Shown: piece by piece, positions 1 to 8,182 of the stretch | Layout: every line of letters starts with the position of its first letter | Position numbering within the stretch: position 1 is the stretch's first letter | Source: a virus | Taxonomy: Duplodnaviria > Caudoviricetes | Virus record (IMG/VR): IMGVR_UViG_3300043775_001559 | Location: 1-25,639 of that record | Reading direction: 5' to 3' (one strand) | DNA length: 25,639 nt | Translations under genes and position numbers: made by a program | The notes under the pieces: model-generated | The model's database searches: none | Told to the model about the DNA's origin: nothing | What the model saw: the letters and a program-made list of their open reading frames with translations, nothing else

Positions 1-2943
1 GCCGCCTCTTCTTGTACCTGCTGGTGCAAACCAAGGATAGCTAACAGCATCGCTTAGAGCGATAGTTCTTAGCATCATATGACTTGCTGGTACAACAGCA
101 TTAGCTCCGCTTAGATCTGTAGTAAATCCATTTGGATAGTAGACTGCACAATATTCGTCATAGGTAACAATACCATCGTCGCCGTTGTCAGTTACTAGAG
201 CTGCATTAGTACCCCAATTTGTTAAGGTAGTAGCATCTGATGCTAGGCGTAGTGGAGTGTCCCCAACTACAAATGCAGTAATACCTCTATCAATGTTTAG
301 ATTAACCAAGTTGCTTAGAACTTCTGGATATCCTGGGCAAGCCATCAAGTTAAAGTTTCTGCGCTCTTCGTCGCGGATCTCTTCGCTGGTATCGATAACA
401 CTCTTAAGTGCTGCTACCACAACCTGACGCTGTGCTTTACGTCCAAAGCTGCCAGAACCGTCTTCGTTGTTAGCAGAAGCTGTTACCCAACGATCAGTAG
501 CATATCCTGACATTGATTCGTCGTTGTATCGTCCGTTATCTGCAGCAGTGTCAATATAGCTGTTTTCATAACGCTTGACATTACCACCACTTCTACGTGT
601 ATTGTACAACATCATACCACGTGGATATAGATCTGGATCAGGTGCATCTGGATCTAAATAATTATTTGTTAACAATGCTTTGATAGTGGCCGCAGTATTT
701 CCTGTTGCGCCGCTTGTGCCGTATCTAGCATCTGCGAATAACACGCCTTCTTCAGTTTGTTGATCAGTTTTATCTACTAATTTCCATTCTAAATCTGCTA
801 CGGCATCCCAGCGATAGATAGTTGGGAAATTTTCTAGATCAGCTGTGCTGATCCAAAGGTCGCCGTTAACTAATGGTGTGCCATCGCTTTGAGTAGTAGG
901 CTCAGTAGCGCCTACTTGAGGACCATTAGGATCTGAATTAGGATATGCTGTTGCATCTCTATATCCAACCCAAGTTGTACCGTTGTGATACATCATATCA
1001 GCATCGCCGAAATCTGGATTATACCATAGTCTTCCGTCTTCTGGTTCATCTAATGGTGCATCACCGCTGGCTGCAAAATCTTCAGCTGCTAATGGTTCCC
1101 AATTAGAAGCTACGTATTCTTCAACTGCATCGTCTGGCAATGCATAGAAATTAGCTGTACCTGCGCCTGTATCTAGATTATAGTCAGCAAATAGTAATGC
1201 GATTGGAGTTCCGCTGCCGTCAGTAAATCTGATCTCACCGCCTTTCTTGTGAACTATTTTTAGTTCATTTTCAGCAGTTACGCTGGCTTCGACGAGATTT
1301 GTAATTTGATCACCGTTGGAATCTACACCAAAATCTGCACCATTGATAGCAGTAGCAATTAGTTCAACGTCTGTGGCATCTGCTGTAGCGGTAAACGAAA
1401 CTGCGACAGAATCTAGTGTAAGACTTCCTGTACGAGATTGTTTCATTGTAAAGCTCTTGCTGCCAGAACTAAATGTTGCGTCGGTAATTACTTCGGAAAC
1501 AATTTCTGTATTTCCTGTGGCTTTTCTATGGAACACTCTAAATTTAGCCACTGCTGGAGTAGCCGCTGTAGAAGTTTCGTCACTGTTGAATTGTACATAG
1601 ACATCGTCTTTGGCTAAATTAACACCGCCGCCTGATCTATCTAGATAATAAAGTGCTGCATGACCTGTAGCGTAAAGTGGTGCTGAAATGGCTTGCCACG
1701 TTTTAGTTGCAGAGCTCCAACGTTTTACTCTCCAACGTGCTCCGTTAGCCGGCTCAGTGGTCTTGATCCAAGCAGAACCGCTTGGTCTTGGTTCGTCGCT
1801 GGCTGTTTTCCATTGAGGAACTGTTGTGTGTGGACTAATTTGAAGTCTTGGAGGATAATACTCTTTGGCACTGTATCCTAGTGCAGTTAATAGAGCAGAT
1901 CCGCCTGTGCCGGCTTGGATTTCTATGACACCGGTCTGACTTGAATCACCACCTGTATCAAATGTTGCCGAGCCGTCTGAATATATGTAAAGTGCTGAAC
2001 CAACTCTCTTGGCGCTGATACCTTGTCCGTAAAAAGCAGGATCTGTGTTAATAGTATTGGCTGTTGCTGTTAGCTTGGCATTAGTATTTGCGCCTGCGCC
2101 AATTGCTACAAAATTGCCGTTGATAAAAAAAGTTTGACCAGTAGTTAATGTAGTATTAACTGCTGTGCCGGAAACAGTAGCCCAGCTGGCTTTCCATTCT
2201 GGACTGCCGACTAGCACCCAGTCGCCTGCTGCGATTAGTGTGTTGCCTGAGTATGTGCCGCCTGGCGACTTATACCAAATTCTTGCTGGTTCTTTATCAC
2301 CGAAACTACCTACAGATTTTGTTGTATATGTACCATCGTCGCCGATGGTCTCAAACACTACAGCATAATCTCCTATTGCACCAACTGATGACTTAGGTCC
2401 ATTGCTGTCAATTTGATCAACTTCGTCATTGGTAAACACTAAAGGTACTTTGTTTGTAAACTTTTGACCGCCTGTCACTGTTGCGGCCGCGCCGTTCCAT
2501 TCTTGGATACCCCAGGTAGTTGCTTGAGTATCTACCCACCATTTTCCATCTGCTGGTTCTGCTCCCGGGGCTGCTGATGCACCTTCTAATTCGTCGAGAT
2601 CGATATTGGCTCTTACAATGAACGCTGAATTCGAAGCTCCTAAGTAGCTGTATGCAGTAAGCAGTCCGTATTCGTTTCTCTCAGAGCCGTGTATTGGTGC
2701 AGAACTTGCTGTCTTTTCAAAGAAAGGTACACCAAAATTTTCAACTAGATCTCTCTGACTAGTTACTTTAAATGCTTTTCCTGCATTTGCTTGTGTTGTT
2801 GCAGCAGCGGTGGCTGTCCCAGCTGCATTTGATTTATTCTCGGCCGTCGCAATTACGATCAACGGAGTTGTGCCTGGTTCTGCAGGTGTGTAAAAACTCT
2901 CGTCGATAACTGTAACTTGTACGCCTGGTGATGTTAGTGCCAT
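1..2943 (-). CDS. gp18: Tail sheath protein (T4 gp18-like), enlarged; the 3' end runs off the left edge
   Basis: ATG at 2943 with GGAGA upstream. The N-terminus MALTSPGVQVTVIDESFYTP...VTSQRDLVENFGVPFF is typical of sheath proteins. The same frame at the left edge reads VPASHMMLRTIALSDAVSYPWFAPAGTRRGG, containing the conserved sheath motif PWxAPAG. It is absent from the ORF track, consistent with no stop inside the window (981 codons visible). Confidence 0.93.
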   Translation of the reverse strand, partial: MALTSPGVQVTVIDESFYTPAEPGTTPLIVIATAENKSNAAGTATAAATTQANAGKAFKVTSQRDLVENFGVPFFEKTASSAPIHGSERNEYGLLTAYSYLGASNSAFIVRANIDLDELEGASAAPGAEPADGKWWVDTQATTWGIQEWNGAAATVTGGQKFTNKVPLVFTNDEVDQIDSNGPKSSVGAIGDYAVVFETIGDDGTYTTKSVGSFGDKEPARIWYKSPGGTYSGNTLIAAGDWVLVGSPEWKASWATVSGTAVNTTLTTGQTFFINGNFVAIGAGANTNAKLTATANTINTDPAFYGQGISAKRVGSALYIYSDGSATFDTGGDSSQTGVIEIQAGTGGSALLTALGYSAKEYYPPRLQISPHTTVPQWKTASDEPRPSGSAWIKTTEPANGARWRVKRWSSATKTWQAISAPLYATGHAALYYLDRSGGGVNLAKDDVYVQFNSDETSTAATPAVAKFRVFHRKATGNTEIVSEVITDATFSSGSKSFTMKQSRTGSLTLDSVAVSFTATADATDVELIATAINGADFGVDSNGDQITNLVEASVTAENELKIVHKKGGEIRFTDGSGTPIALLFADYNLDTGAGTANFYALPDDAVEEYVASNWEPLAAEDFAASGDAPLDEPEDGRLWYNPDFGDADMMYHNGTTWVGYRDATAYPNSDPNGPQVGATEPTTQSDGTPLVNGDLWISTADLENFPTIYRWDAVADLEWKLVDKTDQQTEEGVLFADARYGTSGATGNTAATIKALLTNNYLDPDAPDPDLYPRGMMLYNTRRSGGNVKRYENSYIDTAADNGRYNDESMSGYATDRWVTASANNEDGSGSFGRKAQRQVVVAALKSVIDTSEEIRDEERRNFNLMACPGYPEVLSNLVNLNIDRGITAFVVGDTPLRLASDATTLTNWGTNAALVTDNGDDGIVTYDEYCAVYYPNGFTTDLSGANAVVPASHMMLRTIALSDAVSYPWFAPAGTRRGG

Positions 2944-2977
2944 TCGAATATCTCCTGGGGTTAATCTTATGTCAAAG

Positions 2978-3045
2978 TATTTAGCACCTTTTTATAATTT
3001 TGGCCGGTTTGAGTCAGATAAAAAGGGGCAAAAAAGGTGTAAATA
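2978..3045. promoter_or_regulatory. Divergent pair of T4-like late promoter motifs (TAAATA) in an imperfect inverted repeat
   Basis: AAAAAGGTGCTAAATA on the minus strand (2993-2978) points to the sheath. AAAAAGGTGTAAATA on the plus strand (3031-3045) points to the HNH-like ORF. The T4 gp55 consensus is TATAAATA. Confidence 0.6.
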
Positions 3046-3050
3046 TTTCT

Positions 3051-3386
3051 ATGAGACCGTTATGTAAGTGTGGATATAGACCTCGAGCCGTTAACTATAA
3101 AAAAGACGGTAAAGTCTATTACCGAAGTCTGTGCGAGATATGCCTGTCCCACGGAGTATATCATGGTATCCCGAGGTGGTTTAGATCAGGCTATAAAATG
3201 AAGCAGCAATGTGAAAAGTGCGGTTTTAAATCACCGCACAGAGAAGTATTTAGAGTATTTCACATCGATGGCAATCTGGATAACTGCCGTTACAGCAATT
3301 TAAAAACTGTCTGTTGTAACTGTGCTCAGATCCTTGGCAAGGAGGGAATAACTTGGCGCCAGGGTGATCTCATTGCTGACAATTAA
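3051..3386 (+). CDS. Small Zn-binding HNH-like protein
   Basis: Cys pairs CKCG, CEIC, CEKC and CCNC, plus FHIDGNLDN...NLKTVCCNC, an HNH-like core. Start moved to ATG 3051, 5 nt after TAAATA. Confidence 0.7.
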   Translation: MRPLCKCGYRPRAVNYKKDGKVYYRSLCEICLSHGVYHGIPRWFRSGYKMKQQCEKCGFKSPHREVFRVFHIDGNLDNCRYSNLKTVCCNCAQILGKEGITWRQGDLIADN

Positions 3387-3986
3387 TTTTGCCTGATTAT
3401 ATAGGTCATCTATAGTACCATTATTATCTATCAAATGGTCGAACTCTGTGCCGACCCAGGCCGTTTCGCTAGCGTGAATTTTACGCATCTTGAGTTCTTG
3501 GACTGCCCAATTATAACCTTGATTCGCAGCGATAGCAACATCATACCACTCGGGCAGATCTCCTCTTTGTACCCAAACAATTTGTCCGCCAGCATTGCGA
3601 ATACTGACAATTTCGTTAGGGAACCGACAGTCGGAAATTACTACATGATCTTTACTATTGCGGAGTTTATTTTCTAAACTAGCAATCCAGATATCGTCGT
3701 GAAAACCTTTACGACAGACTTCTGTACCCCAATATTGTAGTACCCACCTAGGAGTCAGTGTAGGCATATCTAGACGTTCTGCCCACCACGGGTCTACTTG
3801 TTCTCGCCACTCTCGGGCCTCCTTAGTACGCCCTTCTAACAGCGTCCGGTCCCATCCAAACACCGCGCTTACAGCATCTTTGAGAGTGCTGGCAAATGAC
3901 TCGCGTCTAAATTCGTGAAAGTTAACTAGATAGTCAGCGACTGTGTCTTTGCCGCTGCCAATAAATCCGCAAATACCTATGATCAT
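3300..3986 (-). CDS. gp1: Deoxynucleoside monophosphate kinase (T4 gp1-like)
   Basis: N-terminal P-loop IIGICGFIGSGKDT, followed by SFASTLK, TPRWVLQYWGTEVCR, VVISDCRFPNE and HASET. GGAGG RBS upstream. Confidence 0.92.
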   Translation of the reverse strand: MIIGICGFIGSGKDTVADYLVNFHEFRRESFASTLKDAVSAVFGWDRTLLEGRTKEAREWREQVDPWWAERLDMPTLTPRWVLQYWGTEVCRKGFHDDIWIASLENKLRNSKDHVVISDCRFPNEIVSIRNAGGQIVWVQRGDLPEWYDVAIAANQGYNWAVQELKMRKIHASETAWVGTEFDHLIDNNGTIDDLYNQAKLIVSNEITLAPSYSLLAKDLSTVTTDSF

Positions 3987-4011
3987 AATGTCCTCCGATT
4001 AAAGACATTAT
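3985..4011 (-). promoter_or_regulatory. Hairpin covering the SD and start codon of the dNMP kinase
   Basis: The minus strand reads ATAATGTC-TTTAATCGGAG-GACATTAT(G): an 8-bp perfect stem that can extend into GGAGG by G-U pairing. Confidence 0.55.
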
Positions 4012-4036
4012 AGCAGGTATACTCCGTTAAGGTCAA
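4007..4036 (-). promoter_or_regulatory. Sigma70-type (early) promoter for the dNMP kinase
   Basis: Minus strand TTGACC-18 nt-TATAAT with an extended -10 (TGcTATAAT). The -35 box overlaps the stop codon of the gp13-like gene. Confidence 0.7.
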
Positions 4037-4791
4037 CCGATGATAAATGTGTAGCCAGATCCGCCTGGAACTAACTTCATTAGATCGTCTACGAGTTTTT
4101 CCATTTCGGTTTGAGCTTCACCGATCAATGCTGTACCGTTAAGTTGTGTGCCACCCTGTGGTCCAGCTATCTGTCCAAACTTACTGCGGGCCTGGCCGAG
4201 CATCATTTTACAATTAGCCAATGAATAATCTTTGACCCATTGTCCGGCATATACGTCTTGTATTATAGTAGTATCCGGTTTGGTATTGTAAGCCTGAATC
4301 ATTACACTTTCTTCTGTTCTAGGACGTTGATGTATTACTAATTTTCTGCTTTCAGGTTGCCACGTAAAATTAATAAAACTACCAAACATTTTTCCTACCA
4401 GTTCTTGATATCCTGAGAACAGTTCATAGGTTAATAGTCCGCCCATATTAGTTGAGCTCAATAGATATGTATTTGAATAGGCAAGATTGAATGGCTCGAA
4501 CACTGTTCCACCTGTTCCCCCGCCTGTCCGGGAACCTACACTTCTACGGAAAATCTGTCTAATCTGTTGTATTTCTTGGGGTAAGGTATACTCGTTTACA
4601 TCGGGTTGTAAGTTTAAAAATATGTACGATTCTTCTACAGAATTATCGCTACGTTGTCTAAAAACAGATAAAGCTCTGTTTAGCGCAGTTTCATAATGAA
4701 TAGGATCTAACTCAACATCAACCATGCCGTCGCCTAGCATAGTTCTGCAGTAATCGTAGACACCTTGTTTGATCTGGTTAGTTTGGCTCAT
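4033..4791 (-). CDS. gp13: Neck protein (T4 gp13-like head-tail adaptor), 252 aa
   Basis: MLGDGMVDVELDPIH and WVKDYSLANCKMMLGQARSKF..IAGPQGGTQLNG..L..EA..E match gp13-type neck proteins. Start moved to ATG 4791, 5 nt after TAAATA; the longer ORF would overlap the next gene. Confidence 0.85.
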   Translation of the reverse strand: MSQTNQIKQGVYDYCRTMLGDGMVDVELDPIHYETALNRALSVFRQRSDNSVEESYIFLNLQPDVNEYTLPQEIQQIRQIFRRSVGSRTGGGTGGTVFEPFNLAYSNTYLLSSTNMGGLLTYELFSGYQELVGKMFGSFINFTWQPESRKLVIHQRPRTEESVMIQAYNTKPDTTIIQDVYAGQWVKDYSLANCKMMLGQARSKFGQIAGPQGGTQLNGTALIGEAQTEMEKLVDDLMKLVPGGSGYTFIIG

Positions 4792-4796
4792 ACAAC

Positions 4797-4817
4797 TATT
4801 TATCGTAGCGGTAAATA
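4797..4817. promoter_or_regulatory. Back-to-back late promoter motifs (TAAATA on both strands)
   Basis: TAAATA at 4802-4797 (-) and at 4812-4817 (+), within a 33-bp intergenic gap. Each lies 5-7 nt from an ATG. Confidence 0.65.
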
Positions 4818-4824
4818 TAAGACT

Positions 4825-6084
4825 ATGCCAAGACTCTCGCTTTATCGCCCAGAAAAGGGCAACGACTATAAGTTTATCGACAAAAATATCTGGGAAATGT
4901 TCCAGGTTGGCGGTACTGACGTTTTTGTTCACAAATACATAGGTCCAGGAACCCCGGCTGAAGATACTCCGACTACACCGGATTATGCTAATACCAGTGT
5001 GAGTAATATACAGGATTTGCTTTTTTTAGAAAATAGAGATAGAAAATACGATCCCGATATCTATGTCCTTAGAGGGGTCTATAATATACAAGACACTGAT
5101 TTTAATCTTAGTCAGTTTGGATTATTTCTACAGAATGATACGATTTTTATAAGTTTTCACATCAATGATACTGTTGAAAAAATAGGCAGAAAATTGATAG
5201 CAGGCGATGTTATAGAGTTACCGCATCTAAAGGACCAATTTGCACTAAACGATTTTCAATTCTCCCTTAAAAGATTTTATGTGATTGAAGAAATTTCAAG
5301 AGCTGCTGAAGGGTTCTCAGTAACTTGGTATCCACATCTCTATCGTGCTAAATGTAAGCCGTTAGTTGATAGTCAAGAATTCAAAGAAATATTAGATGGA
5401 TTAGCCGGCGAAGGCAGTGATCAAACGCTCAGAGACATAATGAGTACCTATGAAAAAGAAATGCAGATCACTCAGGCAGTTCTTGATCAGGCAGAATCAG
5501 ATGCTCCTCGCAGCGGATATGATACTAGCAAATATTATCATATACAGAAAAATAATGATGGCCGCACTGAATTGGTCAGCGTAGATACCACACAAATAGA
5601 TGCGTCTAGAGAAACACAGGCCACAGATGAATACGGCAATCTTGTGTTTGATGAAAATGGAGATCCGATTTATGTAGGAGCCACTGCGTCGACATCGATA
5701 CAGAGTCCTACCAGCGAAGGTTATGACAGTTACTTGTTGGGAGACGGACTGCCTCCAAATGGGGCTCCTTTCTCTGCAGGTGCAGGATTTCCTGCGAATC
5801 CTGTCGAAGGACAATTTTGTTTAAGATTAGATTTTATGCCTAAACGTTTGTTTAGATTCAGTGGTACTAGATGGATTAAATTTGAAGATCAGGTTAGAAT
5901 GACAATGAGTAACCTCGGCCCAGACGACGTACAAGAAAGCGGTGATATGTTTGAAGGCAAGGAAGCTAGATATACACAAAAAACTGGTTTTATTAATAAT
6001 CAAAAAACTGATGTTATCAATGGTAAAACAGTTAAAGAAAAACAGAGCCTTAGTAAAGCTCTAAGACCCAAGGCAGATTCATAA
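4825..6084 (+). CDS. gp14: Head-closure/neck protein (T4 gp14-like) with a C-terminal extension
   Basis: MPRLSLY..., FNLSQFGLFL, GRKLIAGDVIELPH, plus its position between the gp13-like and gp15-like genes. Start moved to ATG 4825. Confidence 0.7.
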   Translation: MPRLSLYRPEKGNDYKFIDKNIWEMFQVGGTDVFVHKYIGPGTPAEDTPTTPDYANTSVSNIQDLLFLENRDRKYDPDIYVLRGVYNIQDTDFNLSQFGLFLQNDTIFISFHINDTVEKIGRKLIAGDVIELPHLKDQFALNDFQFSLKRFYVIEEISRAAEGFSVTWYPHLYRAKCKPLVDSQEFKEILDGLAGEGSDQTLRDIMSTYEKEMQITQAVLDQAESDAPRSGYDTSKYYHIQKNNDGRTELVSVDTTQIDASRETQATDEYGNLVFDENGDPIYVGATASTSIQSPTSEGYDSYLLGDGLPPNGAPFSAGAGFPANPVEGQFCLRLDFMPKRLFRFSGTRWIKFEDQVRMTMSNLGPDDVQESGDMFEGKEARYTQKTGFINNQKTDVINGKTVKEKQSLSKALRPKADS

Positions 6085-7532
6085 TGGATTACTTCTACGA
6101 CGGACAGATAAGAAGATATGTCACGCAGTTCATGCGTGTGTTCATAGGATTCAAATATAAAACAGGAGGATCGGTTCCTGAGGAAAGACACATTCCTGTG
6201 ATGTACGGAGACATGACCAGACAGGTAGCTGGAATTATCAAAGACAATTCTGAAAATAAAATGTCTACGGTTCCAAAGGTCGCTTGTTATATTTCGGGGC
6301 TTGAGTTAGATACATCACGATTAGCAGATCCAACTTTTATTAGCAAAGTCCAGATCAGAGAACGATCTTATGAATTTGATAACACGGGAGATCCTGTGTA
6401 TAGTGGTAATCAAGGTGGGGGCTATACCGTAGAAAGACTCATGCCGACTCCGTTTAAACTTACTATGAAGTGCGACATATGGACATCTAACACTGATCAA
6501 AAATTACAGATACTAGAACAGATTTTAGTGCTGTTTAATCCTAGTTTAGAAATACAGACCACTGATAATTATCTAGATTGGACTAGTTTAAGTGTTATCT
6601 ATATCAATAATATTAATTTCAGTTCGAGGACTATACCTCAGGGAGCAGAGTCAGAAATAGATATCTGTACTTTAGAATTTGAAATGCCTGTATGGATCAC
6701 TCCGCCTGCTAAGGTCAAGAGATTGGGCATAGTAAGGTCTGTGATCTCTAATGTGTTTTCTGAAAACGGCGATGTTCTTAATCTCAACGACCTTTCATTT
6801 AATTTAGGTAATAGAGGCACAGACAATTCTGTACGCAGAACTAACGATAATTACAGCGTACTTCTACTGAGCGCAAACAATCCTAGCATACCTAACTTAT
6901 ATAACGTTTCTATTTTAGATGTAGATCAAATAGCCAATGTGCTACGGATACCTCTTACAAATAAATTTGGTAAGGATATAAATTGGGAAGTTATATTTGA
7001 GCAGCAAGGTGGCTATATAGCGGGATTAAGTAAAATACATTTTTTACAGCCTAGCGGTTACGAAGTTACTGGTACCTTTACAGTAAATGCCATAGATCCT
7101 AACTACCTGTCAGTTACCATTGACAGAGATACTGTACCGTCCAATACTTTAGATGCGTTAACTGCCATAATAGATCCTTACAATTTTAATCCTAAAAAGA
7201 CATTCAATGGTATAGCTAATATACCTGTAGGCACTAGATATTTGATGTTAGACGCTGTGAACAGCAGTGTAAACAGGGGACAGTCTGGCTATGACGGTCC
7301 TGATGCTTGGAAAAATCTAGACAGTTCTGATCCCGAAATCTTAGAAAATTCAATCATAGAATGGAACGGTGACGAGTGGGTCACTGTTTTTACTCCAACC
7401 GAACAAAATGAAAATAATTACGTAACCAATTTGACCACAGGCATCCAGTATAAGTGGGATGGTCAACAATGGTTAAAGAGCTTCGAAGGCGAATATACTG
7501 CCGGGTTCTGGAGATTCGATCTAGATGCATAA
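6084..7532 (+). CDS. gp15: Tail terminator / sheath stabiliser (T4 gp15-like) with a C-terminal extension
   Basis: MDYFYDGQIRRYVTQFMRVF, IPVMYG, MPTPFKLTM..DIWT...QKLQILEQILVLFNPS and LEFEMPVWITPP match gp15. Coupled to the upstream gene by a TAATG overlap. Confidence 0.85.
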   Translation: MDYFYDGQIRRYVTQFMRVFIGFKYKTGGSVPEERHIPVMYGDMTRQVAGIIKDNSENKMSTVPKVACYISGLELDTSRLADPTFISKVQIRERSYEFDNTGDPVYSGNQGGGYTVERLMPTPFKLTMKCDIWTSNTDQKLQILEQILVLFNPSLEIQTTDNYLDWTSLSVIYINNINFSSRTIPQGAESEIDICTLEFEMPVWITPPAKVKRLGIVRSVISNVFSENGDVLNLNDLSFNLGNRGTDNSVRRTNDNYSVLLLSANNPSIPNLYNVSILDVDQIANVLRIPLTNKFGKDINWEVIFEQQGGYIAGLSKIHFLQPSGYEVTGTFTVNAIDPNYLSVTIDRDTVPSNTLDALTAIIDPYNFNPKKTFNGIANIPVGTRYLMLDAVNSSVNRGQSGYDGPDAWKNLDSSDPEILENSIIEWNGDEWVTVFTPTEQNENNYVTNLTTGIQYKWDGQQWLKSFEGEYTAGFWRFDLDA

Positions 7533-7543
7533 TAAGTATGAGT

Positions 7544-7936
7544 ATGCAACAGAGAGCAGGACTATTATTTCTAGCCAAGAACACAGGTCGTATATTGTTA
7601 ATAGACGAAGATTCTCGCTGGACAGTTCCTACTTTTGGTCGTAAATCAAATCTTTTAGAAGACTCTCAAGACTTGATTTCTGATTACAGTGATGGTAGAT
7701 TAATACCTATAGAGTTGTATCTCAGCGAAGATCGAGGTTTTGAATATGGAACATATGTTTGCTTAGTTGATCAAGAGTTCCTTACCACTGCCGCTCCCAC
7801 GCTGTGCTGGGCACAGTTAGACCACTTGCCTAAGAATTTGCATAATGGTTTGAAAACCACATTAAATAATCAAATTATAAGAACTAAAATAGAAACTATA
7901 TTGGAGTTAGACGATGCTGTCACTGTTAAAAAATGA
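7544..7936 (+). CDS. Nudix-fold-like protein with a degenerate Nudix box
   Basis: RAGLLFLAKNTGRILL (first strands), FEYGTYVCLVDQEF and WAQLDHLPKNLHNGL resemble phage Nudix proteins, but there is no GX5EX7REUXEEXG motif. Start is 7544 (after TAAGTA) or 7538. Confidence 0.55.
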   Translation: MQQRAGLLFLAKNTGRILLIDEDSRWTVPTFGRKSNLLEDSQDLISDYSDGRLIPIELYLSEDRGFEYGTYVCLVDQEFLTTAAPTLCWAQLDHLPKNLHNGLKTTLNNQIIRTKIETILELDDAVTVKK

Positions 7937-8177
7937 AAGATTTCAATCAGAGTACCGCGGATGGAAGACTAAGATCGACGGTATTGAAGATAACGGTATC
8001 AAAACGGAATTACAGGAATTGTTAAACAAGTTGGTCAACGAAGTAAGAAGACTAGATAACCAACATCAAGAACTTGCAACGTCCCATCATATGCCCGTGG
8101 GAGTCAATGAGATCAAATCTAATATCACAGAAATTAGGAAGAAAATTCTCAAAAAATTGAGAGATTATTCTTCCTAA
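7914..8177 (+). CDS. Hypothetical helical/coiled-coil protein, 87 aa
   Basis: GGAG 7 nt upstream of the ATG, amphipathic helical pattern, and an exact fit in the gap before the convergent gene. Confidence 0.7.
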   Translation: MLSLLKNERFQSEYRGWKTKIDGIEDNGIKTELQELLNKLVNEVRRLDNQHQELATSHHMPVGVNEIKSNITEIRKKILKKLRDYSS

Positions 8178-8182
8178 AACAA

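Noticed and set aside
185-2368. Short plus-strand ORFs
   Set aside because: They are antisense to the continuous tail sheath frame and show no recognisable motifs.
4765-4932. Long head-to-head overlap of the neck genes implied by the ORF track
   Set aside because: The better starts at 4791 (-) and 4825 (+), each just after a TAAATA, remove the overlap.
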